From Candidatus Nanopelagicales bacterium (GTDB lineage Bacteria > Actinomycetota > Actinomycetes > S36-B12): 36,151 nucleotides of DNA. This document shows positions 20,477-29,081 of this stretch, one piece after another. Below the pieces are notes generated by a model. The model searched no databases, was not told the origin of the DNA, and was given only the letters and a program-made list of their open reading frames with translations. Position numbers and translations under genes: made by a program. Location: assembly GCA_032117355.1 (NCBI GenBank), contig JAULZL010000489.1, positions 1 to 36,151 of the forward strand. Reading direction: 5' to 3'. Each line of letters starts with the position of its first letter. Position 1 is the stretch's first letter.

Positions 20477-21826
20477 TTAGCCCTGGAACTCAGAGGCCGC
20501 CGCCTGCGCCGCGCCGAGAAGGGCCTGCGTCTGCTCGATTGACGCCGTGAGCTTTGCTACCTCGGCAGCGTTCCCACGAGCTTCCGCCTGTGCGCGCTTT
20601 GCCTCGAGTTTGGTGATCCCATCCTGGAAAACTGAGACCGTCGACTCGGCGCGCGCTCGGGCCTCCGGATTCGAGCGCTTCCAACTGTCGGCCTCCGACT
20701 TGCGCAGGGACTCCTCGACCCTTTTCAGGCGTCCCTCAAGTCGGTCACGGTCAGCCCGAGGCAGATCACCGATCTTTTCCCATCGCTCCTGGATGGTCCG
20801 TAGGGATGACTTGGCAGCCTTGTGGTCCGAGACTGGCAGCAGGGATTCGGCCTCGACGACGAGGGCCTCCTTTGCGGCAATATTCGGCCGCAGTTCCTCC
20901 TCGGCAGTCGCCTCCGCAGCAACCCTCGCCTGGTAGAAGGCGTCATGGGCGGCCTTGAATCGCTTCCAGAGCTTGTCCTCGTCCCGCTTGCCGCCTCGAG
21001 GAGCGACCTTCCACTCGGCCATCAGGTCGCGCAGTTTCTTGCTGGTCGATGCCCAGTCGGTTGAGGTGGACAGTGCTTCGGCGCGAGCGATGAGGTCACG
21101 CTTGGCGCCCATGGCGTCCTTGCGCACCGCGTCGAGATCGGCGAAGTGCTGGCGCCGGCGCTTGTCGAAGCCGGCACGTGCCGTGCTGATGCGCTTCCAC
21201 AGTTCTTGCTCACGTGACCGATCCGCGTGCGGCAGAGCCTTCCATTCCTCAACAATGGCCGTGTAGCGCTCTGTTGTGGACTTCCACGATGTTGAGTCTG
21301 CAAGGCCCTCCGCCTCGACGGTGAGTGCCTCTCGGGCTACCGCGGCAGCTGCCCGTTGTTGCTCTCGAAGGGCCGTGGCCCGCTCCTTTGCCGCCGACAC
21401 GGCCGACTCGAGGTCGTCGCACTTTGTCTGTAGTCCTAGGACGTCCCCGACGAACGAGCGAGCGACCAGGGCCTCACGGACCCGTGAGAGAACCGTACTG
21501 GCCTGTTCGGCGGAGGATCGCCCCTCGGCCAGGCGAGTGCTGGCCAGGTCGATCTCCACGACCAGGTCGTCGTACTTGCGACCGAAGAAAGCAAGGCCTT
21601 CTTCAGGTGGGCCCGCTGCCCACTGACCGACAAGGACGTCGCCCTCGGGCGCTGACAGGTAGACGCTGCCATCTGGATCCACTCGTCCGAATTGGGACGG
21701 ATCGCTGGACCGAGGTGCGACGGTCTGCGCGGACGGAGTGGGGGCCACGGCAGGGCGCGGCCTGCTCGGCCGAAGTATCGCCGGGGTCGGAACTCCCGGT
21801 GACCCCGGTGACGACGGCTCGCTCAT
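20477..21826 (-). CDS. DUF349 repeat protein
   Basis: FGRVDPDGSVY, VGQW, three helical repeats with LW.RF...D.F and W.....P motifs. Start taken at ATG 21826. Confidence 0.85.
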   Translation of the reverse strand: MSEPSSPGSPGVPTPAILRPSRPRPAVAPTPSAQTVAPRSSDPSQFGRVDPDGSVYLSAPEGDVLVGQWAAGPPEEGLAFFGRKYDDLVVEIDLASTRLAEGRSSAEQASTVLSRVREALVARSFVGDVLGLQTKCDDLESAVSAAKERATALREQQRAAAAVAREALTVEAEGLADSTSWKSTTERYTAIVEEWKALPHADRSREQELWKRISTARAGFDKRRRQHFADLDAVRKDAMGAKRDLIARAEALSTSTDWASTSKKLRDLMAEWKVAPRGGKRDEDKLWKRFKAAHDAFYQARVAAEATAEEELRPNIAAKEALVVEAESLLPVSDHKAAKSSLRTIQERWEKIGDLPRADRDRLEGRLKRVEESLRKSEADSWKRSNPEARARAESTVSVFQDGITKLEAKRAQAEARGNAAEVAKLTASIEQTQALLGAAQAAASEFQG

Positions 21827-21901
21827 CTGCCTACCTGCCTCGTGTCGTGTTCTCCCGCCCATCTCTAGGGCGCCGGAGTGAACCGTACCTGCCTCAGCGA
21901 C

Positions 21902-22741
21902 CTACAGTGCGGCCACCGTTGCCGTTTCGATACTCAACGGCTGTCCCGGAGGTCCATCCGAGCCACCGCCGGATACACCCACGCCTGCGAGGGCCTGCAC
22001 GATGTCCAGCCCGCTGGTCACCTCACCCCAGATGGTGTAGCCCGGGGGCAGGGTGGTGTCCTGATAGACAATGAAGAACTGCGAGCCAGCAGTGCCCGGT
22101 CCGGCATTGGCCATGGCCACCGTGCCAGCCGGGTAGTTGGCAGTGGATTCTGACGGAAGGTTCTCGTCTGGAACCGCGTAGCCCGGCCCGCCAGTGCCAT
22201 CCCCCTTGGGATCACCGCACTGCAGGACGTAGATGCCGGACGTGGTGAGCCGGTGGCAGGAGGTCTTGTCGTAGAAGCCCTGCTCGGCCAGGAAGACCTC
22301 GGAGGCGACCGTGAGGGGCGCGGCCTGCGGAAGGGTCGTGATCACGATGTCCCCACAGTTCGTGGAAAGCGTGATGGCAGCCGGCTTTTGTGCGAGTGGC
22401 GACGGCTGGGGTGCGGTGGACCACGACTGATCGTCGGGCCGCGGGGCGACTGGCTCGGCGCATGACAGGCTCGGCGCCGAAGAGCCGCTCGGTGCTGCTG
22501 ACGGGCTCGCCGGTGCTGAGGCGGCCGGGGACGCACCCGCGGCGGCTGTCGCGTCCGAAGACTGACTCCGCTGGTTCACCACGACCCAGCCGACGGTACC
22601 GAGGACAAGCACCACCACAACGGCGATGGCTGTCACCCGATTCCGGGTGCGGCGCCGGTGCGCTGATGCCGCCCGCCGCTCCTGCTGCCGTTCGAACCTC
22701 TGTCGGGCCAATTCCCGCTGCCTCTTAGTGCTTGATGCCAC
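21902..22741 (-). CDS. Membrane-anchored cyclophilin-type peptidyl-prolyl isomerase (PpiB-like)
   Basis: Basic N-terminus, TM helix, Ser/Ala/Pro linker, then CHRL...LQCGDP.G.GTGGPGY, GTVAMANAG, GSQFFIV. Confidence 0.93.
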   Translation of the reverse strand: MASSTKRQRELARQRFERQQERRAASAHRRRTRNRVTAIAVVVVLVLGTVGWVVVNQRSQSSDATAAAGASPAASAPASPSAAPSGSSAPSLSCAEPVAPRPDDQSWSTAPQPSPLAQKPAAITLSTNCGDIVITTLPQAAPLTVASEVFLAEQGFYDKTSCHRLTTSGIYVLQCGDPKGDGTGGPGYAVPDENLPSESTANYPAGTVAMANAGPGTAGSQFFIVYQDTTLPPGYTIWGEVTSGLDIVQALAGVGVSGGGSDGPPGQPLSIETATVAAL

Positions 22742-22810
22742 GGCGGGAGTGTAGTGGGCTCACCCTTGCGGCCGATCCCGATTGCCGGTGGACCCATTAG
22801 GGTTGGCCGC
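22742..22810. promoter_or_regulatory. Divergent pair of putative leaderless promoters
   Basis: Minus strand: TACACT (22753-22748) + 6 nt + GTG 22741. Plus strand: TAGGGT (22798-22803) + 7 nt + GTG 22811. Neither start has an SD. Confidence 0.6.
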
Positions 22811-23515
22811 GTGCTGGTCGCCGGATTCGCTGCGGGTGCCTGGGCCACGAATTGCTACGTCATCGCAGCCGGAGCTGGCGAGCCGTGTTTGATCATCGAT
22901 CCTGGCCAGGACTCCATCGACCGAGTGCAGGATCTCGTCAGGGAGAACCGGTTGATGCCGGCCGCCGTCCTGCTCACCCATGGCCATGTCGACCACGTCT
23001 GGTCGGTCGCCCCGCTGGCTCATGGCTTTGAAATCCCCGCCTACATCCACGGCGATGACCGCTACCGGCTTGCTGACCCGGCGGGCACGAGCGTCGTTGC
23101 GAGCCGGGAGCACCTGCTGGCGATGACCAAGGGTGAGCTCGAACTGACGGAGCCGTCCGATGTGCGCACCCTGGCCGATGGCGAGGTCTTGAACCTTGCC
23201 GGCATTGGCCTCACCGTCCGGCATGCCCCTGGCCATACCGAGGGTTCGGTCGTATTCCTCCAGGCGTCCCGTGCGGACCAGCCACCGCTGATGTTCAGTG
23301 GCGACGTCCTGTTTGCCGGTTCCATCGGCCGGACGGACCTCCCGGGAGGTGATGACTCCGCCATGCGCACGTCCCTCCGGAAGGTGATCTGGCCCGAAGC
23401 CGACGAGACGGTGGTGCTGCCTGGGCACGGCGAGCGAACGACAATCGGTGCCGAGCGGATTGGCAACCCTTTCCTGCGTGCGGAGGGGCCATTGCCGCCT
23501 GCCCGGGGGCTGTGA
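22811..23515 (+). CDS. MBL-fold metallo-hydrolase (glyoxalase II-like)
   Basis: NCY, IDPG, THGHVDH, PGHTEGS, SGDVLF, PGHG. Start reassigned to GTG 22811. Confidence 0.93.
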   Translation: MLVAGFAAGAWATNCYVIAAGAGEPCLIIDPGQDSIDRVQDLVRENRLMPAAVLLTHGHVDHVWSVAPLAHGFEIPAYIHGDDRYRLADPAGTSVVASREHLLAMTKGELELTEPSDVRTLADGEVLNLAGIGLTVRHAPGHTEGSVVFLQASRADQPPLMFSGDVLFAGSIGRTDLPGGDDSAMRTSLRKVIWPEADETVVLPGHGERTTIGAERIGNPFLRAEGPLPPARGL

Positions 23516-23516
23516 C

Positions 23517-24887
23517 GTGAGTCGATCCATGGCCCTGTCGGGATTCCCCGAGTGGCTGCCGCCGGGACGCGTCATTGAGCAGGCGATCCTTGACGAGGCA
23601 CGCCGAATCTTTGAATTGCACGGATTCATGTCCATCGAGACGCGGTCGGTAGAGCCCCTCGAGCGGATGCTCAGCAAAGGGGAGATCGACAAGGAGGTCT
23701 ACGTCCTGCGGCGGCTCCATGCCGCGGAGCAGGAGGCGGACCCGGGTCTCGGACTGCACTTCGACCTCACCGTTCCCTTTGCGCGCTACGTCCTTGAACA
23801 TGCGGGCAGGCTGGAATTCCCCTTCCGGAGGTATCAGATCCAGAAGGTATGGCGGGGTGAACGCCCGCAGGAGGGCAGGTTCCGCGAGTTCACCCAGGCC
23901 GATATCGATGTAGTCGATCGGGATCACCTTGCCTTCCATCACGAGGTCGACATGGCCGTGGTGATGGCTACCCTCCTGGATGCCCTGCCCATTCCCCCGG
24001 CGGTGATTCAGGTCAGCAATCGGAAGCTGGCCGAGGGCTTCTACCGCGGGGTTGGCGCATCCGATCCGGCCGCGGTGCTCAGGGTGGTCGACAAACTCGG
24101 CAAGATCAGCGCCGAAGCTGCCGGCCGCATCCTGGTGGATGAAGTCGGGCTCAGCGCTCATGCTGCGGAGCGATGCCTTGCGCTGGCGGAAATTCGGACG
24201 ACAGACGACTCCTTCGCTGATCGCGTCGCGGCTCTGGGAGTCGCAAATGACCTCCTCGAGCAGGGGATCGAAGAACTGCGGGCCGTTGTGACGGGCGCGA
24301 ATCGACAAAGACCCGGGTCGGTGGTGGCGGACCTGCGAATTGCCCGAGGACTGGACTACTACACGGGCACGGTCTACGAGACCGAACTACTGGGCCATGA
24401 ATCGGTTGGCTCGATCGCCTCGGGAGGGCGGTACGACGCCTTGGCGTCGGACGGACGGACGACTTACCCCGGAGTCGGCATCTCACTTGGTGTTTCCCGG
24501 CTGGTTTCCGTCCTCATCGACCGTGGGCTGGTCGAGGTCAGCCGAGCCGTGCCCTCGGCCGTCCTGGTAGCCGTCAACGACGAGACGACGCGTCCACACA
24601 GTGAGGAGATCGCCGGTCTGCTGCGAGCCCGCGGCATCGCCTGCGAGGTGGCCCCGAAGGCGGACAAGTTCGGCAAGCAGATACGGTTCGCGGACCGACG
24701 CGGCATCCCGTTTGTATGGTTCCCGGGCGTCGATGAGCCGGTGAAGGACATCCGCACCGGAGTTCAGGTCCAGGCCGATCCACGCACGTGGACCCCGCCG
24801 CAGGGCGATTTGCGCCCGCGGGTGTGGGCCACCGATTCGGCTATCCAGCAGGTTCAGACTGAGCAGGGCGAAGGGGAGCAACAGTGA
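23517..24887 (+). CDS. hisS: Histidine--tRNA ligase
   Basis: [46 protein letters not shown]. Start at GTG 23517. Confidence 0.97.
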   Translation: MSRSMALSGFPEWLPPGRVIEQAILDEARRIFELHGFMSIETRSVEPLERMLSKGEIDKEVYVLRRLHAAEQEADPGLGLHFDLTVPFARYVLEHAGRLEFPFRRYQIQKVWRGERPQEGRFREFTQADIDVVDRDHLAFHHEVDMAVVMATLLDALPIPPAVIQVSNRKLAEGFYRGVGASDPAAVLRVVDKLGKISAEAAGRILVDEVGLSAHAAERCLALAEIRTTDDSFADRVAALGVANDLLEQGIEELRAVVTGANRQRPGSVVADLRIARGLDYYTGTVYETELLGHESVGSIASGGRYDALASDGRTTYPGVGISLGVSRLVSVLIDRGLVEVSRAVPSAVLVAVNDETTRPHSEEIAGLLRARGIACEVAPKADKFGKQIRFADRRGIPFVWFPGVDEPVKDIRTGVQVQADPRTWTPPQGDLRPRVWATDSAIQQVQTEQGEGEQQ

Positions 24888-26653
24888 TCCGCTCGAGGAA
24901 TGCCGGGAGTCTTCGCGCGACGGATGCCGGTCAGCCGGTAACCCTCGCAGGCTGGGTTGCCAGTCGCCGAGACCACGGAGGCGTCGCCTTCCTGGACCTG
25001 CGGGATTCCAGCGGGGTGGTGCAGGTGGTGGTGCATGATCCTGAACTCGCCCATGGCCTGCGGGATGAGTACTGCATCCAGGTAACCGGCTCCGTGGGTC
25101 TGCGTCCGGAGGGGAACGAGAACCCAGACCTTCCCACCGGGGAGGTCGAGGTGATGTCCGAGTCGGTGGAGGTGCTGTCCGTCTCGGCACCATTGCCTTT
25201 CCCCATTGATGATCGGGTATCCATCGGCGACGAGGTCAGACTCCGGTATCGATACCTGGACCTGCGCCGTGACTCCGCTGGCCAGGCACTGCGGATGCGG
25301 TCGAAGGTCAACCAGCTCGCCCGGGCCGTCCTCCTGGAACGGGATTTCGTCGAGATTGAGACCCCCACCCTCACCCGCTCGACTCCCGAGGGTGCCCGGG
25401 ACTTCCTCGTTCCGGTCCGCCTCCAGCCTGGACACTGGTATGCCCTGCCGCAGTCTCCACAACTCTTCAAGCAACTGCTCATGGTTGCTGGGATGGAGCG
25501 TTACTTCCAGATCGCCCGCTGCTACCGGGACGAGGACTTTCGCGCCGATCGGCAGCCCGAGTTCACCCAGCTCGACATCGAAATGTCCTTTGTCGAGCAG
25601 GATGACGTGATTGAGGTGGGCGAAGCCATCGTGCGCGCCCTGTGGACGGGGATCCTCGGCGTAGCCGTCGGTGAGATTCCCAGAATGACGTACGACGAGG
25701 CGATGCGGCGATTCGGGTCAGACAAGCCGGACCTGCGCTTCGACCTAGAGTTGGTGGACCTGACCGGCTACTTCAGCCAGACGCCATTCCGGGTCTTTCA
25801 AGCGGAGCATGTCGGCGCGGTGGTCATGCCCGGCGGCGCGGATCAGCCGCGACGGCAGTTCGATGCCTGGCAGGAGTGGGCGAAGCAGCGTGGAGCCAAG
25901 GGCCTCGCGTATGTCACGGTCGGAGCTGATGGGGAACTCGGCGGACCGGTGGCGAAAAACCTTTCTGATGCCGAGCGCGATGGACTAGCGGCGGCAGCGG
26001 GTGCCAAGCCGGGGGACTGCGTCTTCTTCGCGGCTGGCCGCGCTTCGGATGCCCGGGCCCTGCTCGGGGCCGCACGACTGGAGATCGCTCGCCGGCTGGA
26101 CATGATCGACGAGTCGACCTGGTCGTTCCTGTGGGTTATCGACGCGCCGATGTTTGAGGAGGTCCAGGCTGAGGACGGCTCGATGGCCTGGACGGCTGTC
26201 CACCACCCCTTCACCTCGCCCAATGCACAATGGCGTGACTCCTTCGAGCAGTCTCCCGGTGCAGCGCTCGCCTGGGCCTACGACATCGTGTGCAACGGCA
26301 ATGAGATCGGCGGTGGATCGATTCGAATTCATGACGCCGAAGTACAGCAACGCGTATTTGCCCTCCTCGGCATGAGTGAGCAGGAGGCGAACGACAAGTT
26401 CGGCTTCCTCTTGGAGGCGTTCAAGTTCGGGCCGCCGCCACATGGCGGAATTGCCTTTGGCTGGGATCGCATCTGCATGTTGCTTGCCGGCGCCACGTCC
26501 TTGCGCGATGTGATTGCCTTCCCCAAGACTGGCGCAGGTCACGATCCGCTCACGGGCGCTCCCACCGCTATCACCACGCAGCAGCGCAAGGAGGCCGGGG
26601 TCGATGCCATTGCTGCCGGATCCATCGCACCTGCTTCGGGTACAACCGGCTGA
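24884..26653 (+). CDS. aspS: Aspartate--tRNA ligase (probably non-discriminating Asp/Asn type)
   Basis: [51 protein letters not shown]. Confidence 0.97.
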   Translation: MIRSRNAGSLRATDAGQPVTLAGWVASRRDHGGVAFLDLRDSSGVVQVVVHDPELAHGLRDEYCIQVTGSVGLRPEGNENPDLPTGEVEVMSESVEVLSVSAPLPFPIDDRVSIGDEVRLRYRYLDLRRDSAGQALRMRSKVNQLARAVLLERDFVEIETPTLTRSTPEGARDFLVPVRLQPGHWYALPQSPQLFKQLLMVAGMERYFQIARCYRDEDFRADRQPEFTQLDIEMSFVEQDDVIEVGEAIVRALWTGILGVAVGEIPRMTYDEAMRRFGSDKPDLRFDLELVDLTGYFSQTPFRVFQAEHVGAVVMPGGADQPRRQFDAWQEWAKQRGAKGLAYVTVGADGELGGPVAKNLSDAERDGLAAAAGAKPGDCVFFAAGRASDARALLGAARLEIARRLDMIDESTWSFLWVIDAPMFEEVQAEDGSMAWTAVHHPFTSPNAQWRDSFEQSPGAALAWAYDIVCNGNEIGGGSIRIHDAEVQQRVFALLGMSEQEANDKFGFLLEAFKFGPPPHGGIAFGWDRICMLLAGATSLRDVIAFPKTGAGHDPLTGAPTAITTQQRKEAGVDAIAAGSIAPASGTTG

Positions 26654-27344
26654 TCCGCTACTGCGCTTTCGCGTCAGCGGATCGTCGAGGGGTTCGGCTG
26701 CGCGGGACGGAGACGTCGTTGGCTGGACGGCCCTTCGTGGCCGGAACCATGACGAGTGCTGGGCGACTGTTCTCGGAACAGATCTGCACCGCGTGGTCGC
26801 GCTTCTCGAGGAACTCCGCTCAGTGGAGCACATCGTCGGGATGACAGTTAGGGCAGAGTCCTTTGCCGGTCTCCCGGAGAAGTTCAAGGGCGGTGAGCCA
26901 GCGCATTGGAGCCTGTTCCTTCTTGACCGGGCTCAGTTGCGTGAACGGCCAACGGCGGCTGCTAGTGAGTTGCCGCCGGATGATGTGCGAATTGCTGGGT
27001 TGCTGCGCTATTCGAAGTCGGCACACGTTTTCCCGGGCGACGCCAAGCGGCCGCGGTGGGCGGGTGTCATTGAGGATGGTCAGCTCGTGAGCGTGGCCGG
27101 AGTGGTTCGCGAACCGTCCGGGGCGCGGCACATCGTCAGCGTTTGCACTCATCCGGATGCCCGAGGACGACGCCTTGCCGAAGCGTCAATCGCGGCGTTG
27201 ATTGATCCGGGCGAGGTCTTCCTGGAGATGTACTCGTCCAATGAGCAAGGCCGCCGTGCCTATGAGCGCATGGGCTTCGTCGAGGTCGGGCGCTACGCCT
27301 CCGCCGTACTGCCCACGTCCGCCGTACTGCCCGCCTCGTCCTAA
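26604..27344 (+). CDS. GNAT-family acetyltransferase (C-terminal FR47-like domain)
   Basis: [13 protein letters not shown] (acetyl-CoA motif A), [11 protein letters not shown] (motif B). Probable ATG 26604 preceded by AAGGAGG (26588-26594). Confidence 0.82.
   Translation: MPLLPDPSHLLRVQPADPLLRFRVSGSSRGSAARDGDVVGWTALRGRNHDECWATVLGTDLHRVVALLEELRSVEHIVGMTVRAESFAGLPEKFKGGEPAHWSLFLLDRAQLRERPTAAASELPPDDVRIAGLLRYSKSAHVFPGDAKRPRWAGVIEDGQLVSVAGVVREPSGARHIVSVCTHPDARGRRLAEASIAALIDPGEVFLEMYSSNEQGRRAYERMGFVEVGRYASAVLPTSAVLPASS
27300..27332 (+). repeat. Tandem duplication, 18-bp period (TCCGCCGTACTGCCC twice)
   Basis: Copies at 27300-27314 and 27318-27332, encoding [12 protein letters not shown] at the GNAT C-terminus. 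Confidence 0.9.
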
Positions 27345-27408
27345 CGCTCGCTTCGATTCAGCACACGATCGAGGGGGTTCGGACATACGTGCGCCTATGG
27401 TGTCCGGC

Positions 27409-28761
27409 GTGACCCTGTTTGATGACGCGGTAGGTCCGTCGCGGGCATCGGCGCCACTGGCCGTGCGGATGCGCCCGCAATCCATCGACGAGGTTGTCGG
27501 CCAGTCGGTTGCCCTGGCTGAGGGTTCCGCCCTGCGGGCACTGGTCTCTGCAGATCCGGCCGCTGCGACAGTCTCGGTGATCCTGTGGGGACCGCCCGGG
27601 ACGGGCAAGACAACCCTCGCCTCGCTGGTCAGCCACGGATCGGGGCGCACGTTCACGGAACTGTCCGCGGTCACGGCGGGCGTGCGTGATGTCCGCGCCG
27701 TTATTGACGCGGCCCGCGATCGGTTGGCCATGCAGGGGCGCGGCACGGTGCTGTTCATCGATGAGGTGCACCGCTTCAGCAAGAGCCAACAGGACGCCCT
27801 GCTTCCGGCTGTCGAGAACGGCTGGGTGACCCTGATTGCCGCGACGACAGAGAATCCAAGCTTCTCGGTGATCGCACCCCTGCTTTCCCGAAGCCTGGTC
27901 ATCACCCTGCAGCCCCTCGACGTGGAAGCGATTGAGGTGCTCCTGCGACGAGCTGTTATCGATACAAGAGGGCTGGGTGGCCGTGTCAGCGTGACCGATG
28001 AGGCCGTCGAGGTTCTCGCGAGGCTGTCCATGGGTGACGCACGTCGAGCACTGACGGCCCTAGAGGCTGCCGCGGCTCCCTTCCTCTCCGGTGGTGGCGA
28101 GGTAGGTCTTGCCCAGGTGGAGAAGGCCGTGCAGCACGCGGCGGTGCGCTACGACAAGGACGGCGACCAGCATTACGACGTCGTCAGTGCCTTCATCAAG
28201 AGCGTGCGCGGGAGTGATCCGGACGCCGCCATCCACTATCTGGCTCGAATGATCGAGGCTGGCGAGGATCCGCGGTTCATTGCCCGTCGGCTGATGATCC
28301 TGGCCAGCGAGGACATCGGCATGGCCGATCCCATGGTCCTTCAGACGGCCGTCGCGGCAGCTCAGGCGGTTGCCCTGGTGGGGTTGCCGGAGGCTGGGCT
28401 GATCCTGGCCCACGCCACGATCCACGCGGCACTCGCGCCAAAGTCGAATGCCGTCACGGTCGCGCTCGGCCTAGCCGTGGCCGACGTTCGGCAGGGCCGG
28501 GTCGGCGCAGTACCCGCGTGGCTGCGGGATGCGCATTACCCCGGTGCCTCAGCACTCGGGCACGGTTCCGGGTACGTGTACCCGCATGATCTGCCGGAGG
28601 GTGTGGCCGCTCAGCAGTACCTCCCTGAGGTGCTCTCAGGTTCTCGCTACTACGTGCCGACTGGTCACGGGGCGGAAGCTGCCTGGGGGGTGGTGGCCGA
28701 TCGCGTTGCTCGGCTGAGGTCGGGTGAGCGGCTAGGGTTGGCAGAGCCGGAGTCCTCGTAG
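27409..28761 (+). CDS. rarA: Replication-associated recombination protein A (RarA/MgsA AAA+ ATPase)
   Basis: [54 protein letters not shown]. Start GTG 27409 (7 nt after TATGGT) or ATG 27397. Confidence 0.96.
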   Translation: MTLFDDAVGPSRASAPLAVRMRPQSIDEVVGQSVALAEGSALRALVSADPAAATVSVILWGPPGTGKTTLASLVSHGSGRTFTELSAVTAGVRDVRAVIDAARDRLAMQGRGTVLFIDEVHRFSKSQQDALLPAVENGWVTLIAATTENPSFSVIAPLLSRSLVITLQPLDVEAIEVLLRRAVIDTRGLGGRVSVTDEAVEVLARLSMGDARRALTALEAAAAPFLSGGGEVGLAQVEKAVQHAAVRYDKDGDQHYDVVSAFIKSVRGSDPDAAIHYLARMIEAGEDPRFIARRLMILASEDIGMADPMVLQTAVAAAQAVALVGLPEAGLILAHATIHAALAPKSNAVTVALGLAVADVRQGRVGAVPAWLRDAHYPGASALGHGSGYVYPHDLPEGVAAQQYLPEVLSGSRYYVPTGHGAEAAWGVVADRVARLRSGERLGLAEPESS

Positions 28762-28774
28762 ATCCGGCCGTCAT

Positions 28775-28816
28775 GCGACGCAATCCGCGCGACGCAATTC
28801 GCGCGGAGCAATCACG
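28775..28816 (+). repeat. Three tandem 14-bp direct repeats in the intergenic region upstream of the alaS operon
   Basis: GCGACGCAATCCGC / GCGACGCAATTCGC / GCGGAGCAATCACG. Confidence 0.8.
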
Positions 28817-28835
28817 ATCGGACGAGGAGCCAAAG

Positions 28836-29081
28836 GTGCGCAGGGTAATCTGGCTGGCAATCGGGGCTGCGGGCGGGATCCTCGTCTACCGACGCAGCCA
28901 GTTGTTTGCTGCAAGCGCCCGTGAGCATGGACTTGCCTCAAGTGCCCAGGACCTCGGAAGGTCAGCGGTGTCCACGGCCCAGGCGGGGATGTCGGCCGTC
29001 GCCTCGGCTCGGGCCCTTCTTGATCAACTCGGCGCCGCCCAGCGTTCGGCACCGACCACCACGATGGAAGGACGGCAGTAG
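28836..29081 (+). CDS. Small membrane-associated protein preceding alaS (DUF6167-like)
   Basis: MRRVIWLAIGAAGGILVYRR N-terminus. GAGGAG SD at 28824-28829; its stop overlaps the alaS start. Confidence 0.7.
   Translation: MRRVIWLAIGAAGGILVYRRSQLFAASAREHGLASSAQDLGRSAVSTAQAGMSAVASARALLDQLGAAQRSAPTTTMEGRQ

Noticed and set aside
20460-20477. Hairpin ACGGGG-N6-CCCCGT between convergent rel and DUF349
   Set aside because: The stem is only 6 bp with no U-tract. It could aid termination but is too weak to call.
27202-27396. 65-codon upstream extension of rarA in the ORF track
   Set aside because: It overlaps the GNAT gene in another frame. RarA similarity begins near [12 protein letters not shown].
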